From: Laetmonice hystrix
Lineage: Eukaryota
Direction: 5' to 3'
Assembly (NCBI GenBank): GCA_965235115.1
Contig: OZ249447.1
Span: 22,010,001 to 22,074,000, forward strand
Length of the DNA stretch: 64,000 nt
The position numbers and the translations under genes are program-made. Shown here piece after piece: positions 1 to 12,200 of the stretch; position 1 is the first letter of the stretch, and the number at the start of each line of letters is the position of its first letter. Under the pieces are notes generated by a model, which worked only from the letters and a program-made list of their open reading frames with translations, did no database searches and was not told the origin of the DNA.

Positions 1-2
1 AT

Positions 3-637
3 GTTAGGGTTTAAGGTCGCCACATGGATTGCGGCCATGCCGTTTTTCCTACGTCTGTTTGGGTCAGCGTTGGCCTGGAGCAGTGCCCTCATGGTTTCCG
101 CGTCTCCATCCCGGGCTGCGCTCATCAGTGGTGTGGTTCCACCCACGTTGTCCTGGGTGTCTGCTTCAGCGCCATGGGACAGCAACAAAGGCACTGCTTC
201 CCTGTGACCAGATTCTATAGCGATATGTAGGGCAGTATGGCCAACAGAATTGACCACATTGACATCGCACTTTCCTGTAGCTAACAGAAGGTTAATGGCA
301 GACATACGCCCTAGTCGACAAGATAACATCAAGGCGTTTTCACCATGAGAATCCCTAATGTTGACGTCACTTCCTGCCTGGAGTAGGAGTTTGGTACATT
401 CCACGTGTCCTTCGTGGAAACCCTGAGAAGCATACATGAGGGCGGTTCTGTTGAAATTGTCCTCCCGGTCCGCAGCGACCCCTGCTCCGATTAAAGTCTT
501 TAGAATCTTAGAACTTCCTTGCCGAGCCGCCACAACGACCAACTCTTCTCTTGAATGGATTGTTCCGGGGGTCAGGATGGTACGGAAGTCCTCTTCGTTG
601 TCGAGTGCCATTGCTGACTGAAGGCTGTGGCACTGTT
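3..637 (-). CDS. Ankyrin-repeat protein, large coding exon continuing off the window edge (3' partial)
   Basis: Manual reverse translation is stop-free from 637 to the edge: MALDNEEDF...EELVVVAARQGSSKILKTLIGAGVAAD / RTALMYASQGFHEGHVECTKLLLQAGSDVNIRD / GENALMLSCRLGRMSAINLLLATGKCDVNVVN / GHTALHIAIESGHREAVPLLLSHGAEADTQD / GTTPLMSAARDGDAETMRALLQANADPN / GMAAIHVA. That is 5 ankyrin repeats plus the start of a 6th. Acceptor ttcacccttccag| at 638-640; in-frame ATG at 611. Confidence 0.92.
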
Positions 638-991
638 CTGGAAGGGTGAATTTTAGATTATGATATAAATTTGTGTTTGAACGAGGATTAAATATTATCA
701 AAATTATTGAATTGAGCCGGTCATGGATTAATACGGCCAGACATGCCGAGTCTTGACGTCTTTAAATTAAATTATAGGCTCATATTTTACTTGTATGGCA
801 CCGAAAAAGCCAGGATTCATCGCTAACAATATCACATGGCAATATCACTGGTCGCAAAAAGTGCAGACCTGGGACAAAGTCAGGCCTCTAGCTTCCATTG
901 AAAGTAGACTGTAACATGGCATCATCTTGGACGAATTACACATGGATACATACATGTAGTTATAACTTGTCCAACATAAATATCCACGTAC

Positions 992-1058
992 CTCGGTGTC
1001 TGGACGATGTGTCAGGATCCCTGTCAAGGGGCGTGTTTCCCCGTCTTCCAACCAGCAT
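992..1058 (-). CDS. Putative upstream coding exon of the ankyrin gene (MLVGRRGNTPLDRDPDTSSRHR)
   Basis: ATG at 1058; donor GAG|GTACGT at 991. The 67 nt give phase 1, which joins in frame to the exon at 637 (G|AA = Glu) across a 354-bp intron. A possible acceptor attatttcag| at 1131-1133 would make 1059..1130 5'UTR. Confidence 0.5.
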
Positions 1059-1602
1059 AACGTGACTAACGCTCCGTGTTCGAGATCCAGTTTGATTTGA
1101 AAGTATAAGCCACTTCTATTCCGTGCTACACTGAAATAATCTTTCCGACGTGGCTGTAACTAACTATTGAATGTGTTGTGCAGGTATAGCTGGATACAAG
1201 TCCAGTCACGTGGATAGTTATATAATGGATTTAGCTGTTGCTAAATCTGAACTAACACGACAAAGGCAATGCCTGTTATCCGTGTTCGGTCATAAAGCAA
1301 GGCTTTCTTGCACCTTGAACTAAGATAAATACATTAGACAAAGTTTGTACTACCCTCTACTGGTAACTTAGGCAAAGGGGTGCATCAATATAACGTGAAA
1401 AATACGTTGACCAATGACGGTTAAATAAGCGAGGGTATAGGCCTACACATGTGGCATAAACAGGGATGTCTTTTGTATGATCTATATAGGTGATTAAATA
1501 ATAGGGTTAAAATCCTTTACATTGTTGAGCTGCTGGCCAAACCAGAGCACATGGAACGGGACCGCCGACAACATTTTACAACGTTGAACGTCGTAATGAA
1601 TG

Positions 1603-1616
1603 GTGCCATCTAGTGG
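1603..1616 (-). promoter_or_regulatory. CTCF-like motif CCACTAGATGGCAC
   Basis: 14/14 match to the consensus CCASYAGRKGGCRS on the minus strand. Confidence 0.6.
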
Positions 1617-1692
1617 TTGATTGCTTCATGCAGAACTACCATTTCTGTGAGAGACAGATCGTGTCGCGGGCCTGAGTCTGTCTGGGTCTCCG

Positions 1693-1706
1693 AGGCCATC
1701 TGGTGG
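1693..1706 (-). promoter_or_regulatory. CTCF-like motif CCACCAGATGGCCT
   Basis: 12/14 match; the 12-nt core is exact. Lies 90 bp from the previous motif in the same orientation. Confidence 0.5.
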
Positions 1707-2259
1707 CAAATGGGGAGGATAGTGCTGACATCTAACGTTATATGTAAAGCTCATCACTACATAAAACGCTACATTATCGAACAGTGAAAACATGGTGGGG
1801 AGAGCAAGGGAGAAGTTATTTCATTTGAGATAGAACTCTAGAAGGAAATAGACTTCGACTTACGCTTCAAAATAAAAGTCTTCCCCATTCTTGTTTCCAA
1901 CTTTCTCCCATAATCAGCCCCCTGGCTCCTCGAAATCCATCCCTGAGCAGAACAGAAGTATCTTTTATGGCCGAATATGTATTTATGTATATATTAGAAC
2001 CCTCCTCTTAACAAGTATATAATGCTGAATGAAGAATAGCCCACCATACAGCGTAGGCCTATTCATCTTTGAAACAAAAATTAAAGGTCACAATAATGGT
2101 TGATTACGGTATGAATACCAGATTTATATAAAAGTAGACTTATATCGGCCTACTTTTAGACAGATGATGGTCCAATCTACTTAGATTTTTCAGGCTCCAG
2201 CCTGACTGACTCCGTTGGAGTCAAATCGATATTTTTTTGCACCTGCAGCAATAGCCTGC

Positions 2260-2560
2260 TTAGGATGTGTGTCGACGTAAAGACTAAAACCTGCTGTTCC
2301 AACGCAGCGCCAAAAATGTCCGACGGCGCATGCCTGCACAACAAATCACGACGAACCGAGATAGGATGGGTATCCCGCATGCTGGGACATGTTGGAATCT
2401 ACTTAACTCAACCCAATAATACCCCGTGAAGTCAGCCTGTAACGTTCTGTCACGAGCTGCCGTTGTCTAAAGAAATTAGCAGCGTTCGTGAACACAAGCG
2501 GCGTCGCAGGAAATCCACTAGAGGGCGCCACGTTGTCTGGGCCCTGGAGCCTTTTCCCCG
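2260..2560 (-). promoter_or_regulatory. CpG-rich candidate promoter region of the ankyrin gene
   Basis: Local CpG enrichment with GCGCATGC (NRF1-like) upstream of the ankyrin exons. The TSS is not demonstrable from sequence. Confidence 0.3.
2515..2528 (+). promoter_or_regulatory. CTCF-like motif CCACTAGAGGGCGC
   Basis: 14/14 match to the consensus on the plus strand. Confidence 0.65.
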
Positions 2561-5500
2561 GGATCTGCGTGGCATGTACTTGTAACAGGCCAACATTTTC
2601 TCCATGCTTCTAACGGCCGGCCCATGAACTTTACCGGGGGCTTTAGCAGAACCGACGGATCAGAACCCGGGTATAAAATAAAAGGATTACATTTAAATGT
2701 TAAAGTTCTTCAAAGAATAGTACAATAGGCGTACTTCTTAGAAAATCTTTGGGGAGGCATTTTGGAGAAAAAAAAGAAAAACAATTTTCCAAACTTGCAT
2801 GCATCGAATAATTTATTTTGGTAACATTCTTTTTAGGACAAACAGTGGGGTTACTAAACAGGCCTTCGCTATACAAGATATCAGTATTAATATAAGCATT
2901 CGTTTTAGATACAGTTAGAATAATCTCAGGAGAAACGAAAACCCATGAAGAAGGAGGACATCTGCTTTATATTTCAGCAATGATGTTATAAACGGGTATC
3001 TGACTGAAATATATATCAAGGCACGCGATACTAGCGAGACCTTGTCCAGCAAGTGTACAGATCACGAACCGAGCGCCTTTCACAAAGCACCCGCCGTTCA
3101 TTGATCGACTCGCTGGCCCAATGTAGGGGACAAAACTTCCTATTTCGTTTACATTTTGCATGCAATGCAACACCCTCAATGATCAGAGCAACTCTGCGAA
3201 CGTGAAAGATATTGGGTCCATTTTCTCAGTCCCCTGACCGTCAGGTTATTTGTAGGACCAACGTCCTGAGTAGACTGGCCTACTGTAGATCGTTGTCACA
3301 ATAAGTAGCACGTTTTGGGCTTCTCTCTCCCCTTGCGGTCCATTCAACGTGAATAGATGATCCACGGGCCCCACCGGCCGCCACACGGCAAGGTAACTGT
3401 GTCTGATCAGATAATGGTCGAATCAATCTCTGCTTCTTCACCGAGCGCCGTCAATAAATGAAAGTGTCTGACTGGAATAACACCGGGTCCCAGAAACTCC
3501 GAGGCCAACACTGGTCGGTCGATACACGTCACCATAAAACTGCGGCTTCATTGGCAGAGACAGGGCTGGCGCTTCCGCTGAGGGCACTATCGTCTGTACA
3601 GTGACGTGACCTGGCGCAATGTATTTTCTCCTACCTCCCCCGTACAACATAAAGGTCCATGCTAGAGAGGGAAAAACACAGTTAAAGGTCAAAGTCAGAT
3701 TATTACTTGCCCTGAACAAGTAACATAGGGTGGCTGTTTCTTTCGTTATTTTGTTGGAAACAGTGAGTTATTAAGCAAACTATATCGAAAAATGTAATTG
3801 GGCAGACATAATTATTTAGCAACAAGTGTCACTTATAGTGAGCACAACAGAGAATAGGCCTGCCATACTGCTGTTTGTCTGCGACACGCCATCACATCGT
3901 TAACCTTTTTGAATTACATGTACACGGATGTCAAACATAACTGTGTCAATAATGTTTGACAACAATATTCTAAAACGTGTCATCAATAGTTATGCTCATT
4001 TCCCATGTGTCGCTTACAATAATAAGAGACTAGCCAGAGTCCAGGCAATTCTAGCATGCGTCTGCCTCTAGTGTGCAGATACCACTTTAATTTTTAACAT
4101 TTTAACGTTTTCTACGTTGTTCCCATTGTTCTACTGTAGAACAGTATACGTCCAATTATAATACCACCATGAAATTAATGGAACAAGTATGGGTGGTCCC
4201 TCCTTGTGGATCAATAGGACATTTGTCTATTGTATGCAGACTTCAATGCCACATAAAAGGACGCCCAGAGGGATTGGCGATAAAATATCCCGCCAAAGTT
4301 CCTGGCTATCTATTTCACGTCTTGTCTATATGATATCAGATTTGGCGATTCTTCTGCATATTGCGACGCCGTTAGGCGCCGTTAAGTATTATTTGTGGGC
4401 CTGTATGTTAGGCTGGTAGCAGATCTTTACTTCATGGACAGCGTAATACAAATGTGCGCTGCAAAACCTTATAGCTTTGTGATAAAAATAGATCCAGTAA
4501 GGCGGTTGGACCGAGAGTCTGCCGACTCGTGTATGCAACGACGCCAGAACATATGAGTAGTATATGGAATTGTGGATTTGGGTCAGGTCCCATATTTGAT
4601 ATCTTTTTGCTCAGAACGGAAATAATAAAGAGGGGGGTGGGGGGGGGTCTTTCTTATTAAATCTATCCCACATAAGATTTAGTTTTCCTGCTCTGCAATG
4701 AGTAGAAGATACTCTAAAGCAGCCTCATCCGTATGGATATAATGTTGGATTGGTTCAATGATGCCTAAAGATGCGACTGCACGGTTACACCAAAATATAC
4801 TAGCAAAAGTTCAGACTGGCTATGATGCAACTTCATCCCCTGGAACTAGCATTGATTATTTATACTCCCCGGATGGCCGTAGCCCGTCAAGTGACTCGGT
4901 GCCCATGACCAGTAGATTATCATTCAGTGTAGCCCAACACCAGGCAGCGATCGCGTTATCTGAGCGTTTGGTACTGTCTCCTGGTGGTGATGTTCAGCCG
5001 CCCATCACCCATGCGTCATGTCTTGATGGTGAGCTCATCAAGTTACATGTATTAGGTTCAGGGACAGGTAATCAGGGCTGTAGACAGGTAGGGACGTTAA
5101 GGTAGTGATCAATGACCCTCCTGTCGATCATCAATCACCAACACGAGGTGGGTGCGGGCGGTGTAATTAAAACTAAATGGGAATGCAATATGAAATGCGG
5201 CCAGTGGCACCGGTTAATCATGTTATCAATTCTGGCTGTCGATATGTTGTTGCCAAGAGGCGTTTCACTTTGAAGGTACATGTTGATTGGCAAAGAGAAT
5301 AACGGTGGTGATAGCTAAGAAATATGTTTGCAATCAGAGAGCCTGGGGTGTTCTTCATGCAATGGTAAACCAGAAGGTGTCATAAAACTATTGATATACG
5401 AATTTATCTCCGCTTGGCTGAAATAATAATGTTTTCTCTTTTATGTAATAAGTTCTCTTTTGTTATTGAGATATTGGACATATTTCTTGAGGCCCCGTCT

Positions 5501-5925
5501 TATGTATATAGAGGTCTATATCACCATTTACAGCTCCTATACCTCGTAACTTTATTCGACTGTAGAGTTCTGTTTCGCTCAGCTAATATTTTATTATATT
5601 TAGTATACGGACCTGAAGCTACAACAATATGTTCAAAAGACAAAACGCTATACTTGTATTATTTGAAGTCGGCGTTGATGATCTCTATTTGTGGAACTGT
5701 TACGTTTCGCAGATCCCAGTCTGGACTAATGTGTGGACTATACGAAGTGACCCAGAGAAGTGACAGTGTTGTTACAAGAAAATTCGCCATTAGCACAAAG
5801 GGTCGCCAATAATTCCCGCCAACACTAACGATGCCCCCTTATGACCGCTCGAGATCTTCGTTTGCCCTTTGGACGCCTCCCACGTAAGTACAGCCCGACT
5901 CATGATTCCCGGCCGGTGGTGAGAC

Positions 5926-6139
5926 GGGTGTCCGCCCGGCGACAAGTCCGACCCGCGGCCGGTAGCGGTGGGAGGTCGGCCCGGGTGTCCGCCCGGCGAC
6001 CTGTCCGACCCGCGGCCGGTAGCGGTGGGAGGTCGGCCCGGGTGTCCGCCCGGCGACCTGTCCGACCCGCGGCCGTTAGCGGTGGGAGGTCGGCCCGGGT
6101 GTCCGACCCGCGGCCGGTAGCGGTGGGAGGTCGGCCCGG
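5926..6139. repeat. GC-rich 57-bp tandem repeat, ~3.7 copies
   Basis: Unit gggtgtccgcccggcgacctgtccgacccgcggccggtagcggtgggaggtcggccc starts at 5926, 5983 and 6040; the 4th copy is internally deleted. Confidence 0.95.
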
Positions 6140-7516
6140 ATCATGACCACCGGCTCCGGTATTAAACTTGATCCCGGTCACATTAATCACCTGTCACTGT
6201 CAATACCCACACGTAGTTCTCCTATCCGTCATATGTGCGATGACTGACCCCGTCCCATCCACAGGGGGTATTATCACGGAGAATAAGAGGGGAAGGGGAA
6301 AGTCTATTATTATTCGCTCAGGTCACCCTTGCAGACTTTATGCCTCGGACAGGATATCGTTATAAGTGCCTTAGAGTGCCACTCGTAGCAGAGGACTACA
6401 CCCCGTGATTTCGGTCTGGCGTTATTTAAGTGAATATTATAGTGAAGTTCATAAATATCGGAACCAGGTGATTTAGGCAAATTTTATTATATACAGCCCT
6501 AGGTCTGTAGACTTCGAACACAACACGGAATAGAAAAGAATAGGAAATGTTCCGTATTGGAACAAAGGTTTTGCCGATGTCCAACAATATGGGTCCATAT
6601 GAAGGAACCGTTAAATTAGCTGAGTGATGGACACGCAGCGTGTGATGGCGAACGTGTTGTAGATGGGCTCGTAATGGCTGTGCTAAGTGGGGCTCCCGTC
6701 CATGGTCTCGCTGAGGTCAACCAAGTTATGTCACCCTAGGGAGGTCTGATTACTCTCTGCCCGGAGCAGGCCGCCGCTTAGGGCATAGCTTCATCCAGAG
6801 TGACCGGTCAGCCAATTCCGAAATGTACACCCGGCGTAATTACATGGCTGCAGCGCAAGGTTTCGATCATACATCAAACGGTCATGACATTAGTTATTGT
6901 GCTGTTTTATAAAGTCGGTTAGAATCCACTGTTCTGTGAGAACTAGATCCTGCAGCGCACTTTATGGGCACTTTAGAAAGAAGCATTGTGCATGATTGGG
7001 TGGAAGTATGATGTATATCTCTGCAGTTATTGAAATACATATTTCATAACCGGCGTTGTTTTTATTACGGACTCGGAAGGAAGTTTTTCATATAATTTGA
7101 TATCACATAATTTTATGATGATATCAGAGAAAAGCCATAGTGTGCCAATGGGCAATGATCGCATAATATCCTCCTGGACATGATACGTTATGGTTAAAAC
7201 ACAGAACACTGAAAGGTAAACACATAGGTATCAAAGGCAATCAAGGGGAACAATGCTTGAACAATATAAGGGATCCGTTAGTAAACGCAGCACGTGGCGG
7301 TATGGACGCCAGTGGCTAATGGCGACTTAAATTGACCTTAATTAGTACCGGGGTGCCATCGTCTCTGACGACCCCACTTTGTAATGGTGAAAAACAAAGC
7401 CTCCTGGATGCCGCCATGCGTGTCCGCCCAGCGGGAGAGGTTGAAGTGAATTGGCCATCAAGTGGACACTGTTGCCATAGCTGGAGGCAGTATCCATTGA
7501 TAGCTGGATGGCCACG

Positions 7517-7558
7517 CCCCACCCGCCCACCCGCCCACCCGCCCACCCGCCCACCCAC
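7517..7558. repeat. (CGCCCACC)n 8-bp repeat, ~5 copies
   Basis: Read directly from the sequence. Confidence 0.9.
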
Positions 7559-8110
7559 CGGCCATCAGGATGTAGAATGGACCTTGTCCTAGACGACCTT
7601 CCCAGAAAATTCAACCCACGTCCATGTCACAGGATGTAACGTGATATAACGCTGCCCTTTCTTTACCATGCACTCAACGTCCTGGAAATAAAAACAAGAA
7701 ACGAGGCAATTGGGATGGGGAGGGGGTGTAGGCGATAACGCCGCTGTGTGGACAGAGGAAACTCCATGGGATGCAACTTTTAATAGATATTATGGATCGC
7801 AAATTACTGTAAATCATCAAGCACGTATCCTCGGTTAATAGAAACAGGATATTGACAGGATTATTCAATCCATTCTCATCCTGATTTCCTGCATGACGTT
7901 TCGATTGCTTTTGAGACGCAGAGAGCTAATGAACACAGCACTGGGTGACGAATGAGTTAAAGCTTAGGTCTCTATATTACTTCTTTACGTATTATCGGCA
8001 GTAGGTGAGCAGCGCGATATTCCTTTTGGGACGGGATATCGAATCCATCAACACTGGGCGTGGCCTCAGTGCCCTTGAAGAGAACTGCAGCAGAACATCG
8101 TATATTATTG

Positions 8111-8124
8111 CCACCAGGGGGCAC
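8111..8124 (+). promoter_or_regulatory. CTCF-like motif CCACCAGGGGGCAC
   Basis: 14/14 match, in context ttgCCACCAGGGGGCACtgca. Confidence 0.65.
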
Positions 8125-8558
8125 TGCATTCTCCATCCATGTTTTTTTCTTCTTCACCACATCTCGTGCTCGTTTATCATCCATGATTGCCCTGTTGTAT
8201 AAGAAAGTTTCCGTTCCGTCGACTGAGCCTCCTATATATCCCGAGGTGTTTTCAATGCTAGTTTGCGCCGTTGGTTCCCCGTCAGCGAGACATTGTAAAA
8301 CGTTCGCCTCCAGCCATCAATCCGGACCACGGATTCGATTTCTGGCTCTCTCCACGTTCAGGCATCCATTCTATAGAAGCAGGGATCGTTAGAGTGGAAT
8401 GTGATCGCCATTTAGTCATTCCGGACCGCTTGGTGTCAGCCTGCTGTGAACACGGTCGAGCCCAGACTGTAACGGCAACCACAGAGCATGGACAATATTT
8501 TACCCCAACTCCCGCACTGTGATGGCCATTGATCGCGACTTCCTGCAGAGTTTGCCAA

Positions 8559-9245
8559 CATAACTGTGTTAAAACAAGCTCCGGGGAGGACTGGAGGGGA
8601 GTCATAATCAACCCGTTATATTCTGCTCTAGGTTATTTTGACATAACTGTGTTAAAACAAGCTCCGGGGAGGACTGTAGGGGAGACATAATCAACCCGTT
8701 AGCCTTCTCTAGGTTATTTTGACATAACTGTGTTAAAACAAGCTCCGGGGAGGACTGGAGGGGACACATAATCAACCCGTTATTTTGACATAACTGTGTT
8801 AAAACAAGCTCCGGGGAGGACTGGAGGGGAGACATAATCAACCCGTTATTTTGACATAACTGTGTTAAAACAAGCTCCGGGGAGGACTGGAGGGGAGTCA
8901 TAATCAACCCGTTATATTCTGCTCTAGGTTATTTTGACATAACTGTGTTAAAACAAGCTCCGGGGAGGACTGTAGGGGAGACATAATCAACCCGTTATTC
9001 TGCTCTAGGTTATTTTGACATAACTGTGTTAAACAAGCTCCGGGGAGGACTGGAGGGGAGTCATAATCAACCCGTTAGCCTGCTCTAGGTTATTTTGACA
9101 TAACTGTGTTAAAACAAGCTCCGGGGAGGACTGGAGGGGAGACATAATCAACCCGTTAGTCTGCTCTAGGTTATTTTGACATAACTGTGTTAAAACAAGC
9201 TCCGGGAGGAAAAATAATCAACCCGTTATTATGCTCCAGGTTATT
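8559..9245. repeat. Minisatellite, 9 copies of a 66-83 bp unit
   Basis: Core cataactgtgttaaaacaagctccggggaggactggaggggagtcataatcaacccgtt. Long units add an ~17-bp block (atattctgctctaggtt); the two 66-bp units lack it. Confidence 0.95.
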
Positions 9246-12200
9246 GTGGAGCGAGAGAGGGTTGGGCTCCGGGGTTGTGCCCCATGGACACCGTAATCGT
9301 CCGTATCCAAGCACTGTTTTACTGGTTTAATTGCCTATAACTTTACTAACAAGGCATAGAGTTATTATATCGTCTCAATGAAGTTGGCCTCTCTTGCTCT
9401 GGATTACAACGGTAAATTTTAAGTAGGGTATCACCTTCGATTGCATTCAATCGTACCTCGTTCTTTAGGTATATGAATCCTTATAGTTCCTCTATATATT
9501 TTGCATTGGTTAAGATCCTTTTAAGGCGCATTATTTCACCTACAAAGTGCACTGGTCACTGTAAACGTGGTCATTTCAGATTGAGAAATTGTACTGTAAT
9601 GATTGAGGACACGCCCTCTGTCACTAAACAACTTCCACTGCAGTTCGATAAGGTTTGTGAGAATCAGGTCAGGCTGATAACATCCAAGTAATCCTTATTG
9701 GGACGTCTCTAGCCAACATAATTGAAGATTAATAACATAATTCAAATTATAACCTAGAAAATTTCGGGGACAGATTCCGTCAGCGTGTATATTAGATATA
9801 CAAATATAGTGTCAAACGCACAATTGAGATCTTGTTCACAATGTCTTGTATACGTTGAGATTTGTTCGCCTTTCTCTGACTCTGAAGTCTATTCACTCAA
9901 TGTTCCCTGATCTGGCGAGGTTAAGATTTAATGAGACGACCCGGCGGCCCGAGCAGTCCTTATCTCCCGGTGCCAGGGCTGACACAGGACGGTCTGGGAA
10001 CTTGTAAGGTCTGACCGGATTGGTTTACCGGGAGACTTGAGCTGTGATCAGAGCCAGCGGCTTATAACGGCCATCGGTGATCTCTGTCCATTGTGGACAC
10101 AACGGGCTGGGCTCATTCTCTCCGACCGCAACGACTCGGAAAACCTGACCGATCGACTCGGAAAACCTGACCGAATCAGATCATTGCGCGTCGCGGAACG
10201 ATACGGATCCTGTTCCCGGTGGTCGATGACTTACGTATGGTCGTGTAATACCACCAGCTCGATTATCGGAGTAACAACAAAAATATAATATTTTATATAT
10301 TTGTATAATGACGTAGGTCTCATATCCCTCATCTGTACCGAGACAGGGTGCCATGAACAGGGCATGAGGGGTTGCATTAATTGTAGGGTTGTTTGGGGAA
10401 AAATGTGAGAAAGTAAAGTAACCTGTAAGTTTTTTTTAAATGAAGGTGTTAATATACCCCCCCCCCCATCCCCCCCCCCCCCCCCACCACCACCACCAAC
10501 ATCAGAATAAAAGATGTTATCTGTGGCACGTAAATTGATATCGATTTTTGGCGTTTATCTCAGATACGATCTTATGCAAGGTATTTTATTGTATGACAGT
10601 ATATTCATTTTAATATTGGTATCCCTGATATACCCCCCGCATAGTTATCCATAGTTACAGTATCTTTTATATTAGGGGAGTTTTGTCTGTCTTATCTGCC
10701 GAGTCTTAGCTCGGTAAAATTAATTGTTAGAAGTTCTGTCATGGTCCAAAATAAGAAACGATAGCAGAGAAAGTGAAGATATTCACGGATCAAAGCCGAC
10801 TATAAGCCAAGTGATTAGGGTTCCTAGCTGCAGCATCGCTTGAATTGTGCATAATGTTTGTAGTGAGCGGACGACTCATGTAGACGGTGTTATCTGTAGG
10901 GACTACCTCCGCTGGGAGCTTGTTATCTGTAGTCCTGGGCTGGTGTTCATCCATCCTTTGACCGTATTGGAAACTTGAAACAGCGTCCACAAGGACGCCG
11001 AGATTCGGAACGATTAGGTGATGTTGATAACATCTATAGGAGAATATTGGAACTCCCGGCTTTCCCAGCATACCGACTGTTTATAGGGCGACACACTTAA
11101 CTGTATCAGTACAGGCACAATTATTTCTGATCATCGTAAAAGTATCATGCGTCTTTATTTCACAAGCGGATGTATAGGGAGCGTAAGTATGTCACGTCAC
11201 AATGCGTGAATCGACGAGAAATGCGGCTTGGAGGCCCAAACTGGCGCCAGCCAAATTCCGGTTCCGTTCATTTAGCATTGGGAGGCCCATTGAAAAAACG
11301 TTCTAACTGATAACTCCACAATTACTGTTCCCTTTGTTATCAAACTCACTATACATCAGAACCAACATCTCTTAATATGTTAGAAAAAATACACTTCATA
11401 CTTAAGAAATATTTAATTGTCAAAAGAAAGGCTGATGTTTGGAGAGGTGTACGCTCGCCCTATGTTAAACCAGTGGGGAATTGTGACGTAACGGAAGTTG
11501 CATGTCGCCAGCGGTCTGACCTAGTTAGACCGAACCTCGTTTTCGGTCGCGAGACTTACGCTCCCTATACTGCTGAATGTATGGAATTTGTTAGTAAATT
11601 AACACCCGTAATTATGACCCATAGAGGAGAGCACTTTCTGAACCCGTCTCACGCTGAGGTAGAACACTATTGGGTGCTGACAGTACCACACGTAATACGT
11701 GGAATTCAGTTGATGGCTCCAACTTGTTTGGAGTGCATGGAATGGGCGCAAAGTTTATATAGCCGGACCCCTTCCCATCAGATAAAACAAAATTGTTAAA
11801 TCCTTGTCCGCACCCTTGGTAGTCTGGGTGCACGCTATTCTGTGAGATGTATCACCGTAAAGACTGCAGGTCTACAATCCCATATTTGCGTCTGGTTCCA
11901 AAATAAAAAGTGACAGCCCATTTTTGCAAAAGGTTCACAATCGAACGTCATCTAAGTCGTCAAAGCGTCAGTTTAGTTTACATAAATTCTCACTTTCATT
12001 TTGAGCGAATATCATCCTGTTAGGTTCATACACTGCCATCATTTCTGTTTGATTGTTACTCTTTGATGAGCAAACAATGACGAAGTCATTAACATGTGGT
12101 AATATAATGGTTGAATTACAAAAAGATAAGCCAGGCCGATATAGGAAAACGGATTGCAGCATACGTACCTACCAATACACAAATATTTCTCATGACATTG

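Noticed and set aside
3240-3720. Coding-like minus-strand stretch (VTLPCG..W, Ig-like)
   Set aside because: Stops in all frames; no coherent domain.
8559-9245. Repeat arrays as CRISPR-like loci
   Set aside because: No unique spacers and no cas genes; eukaryotic context.
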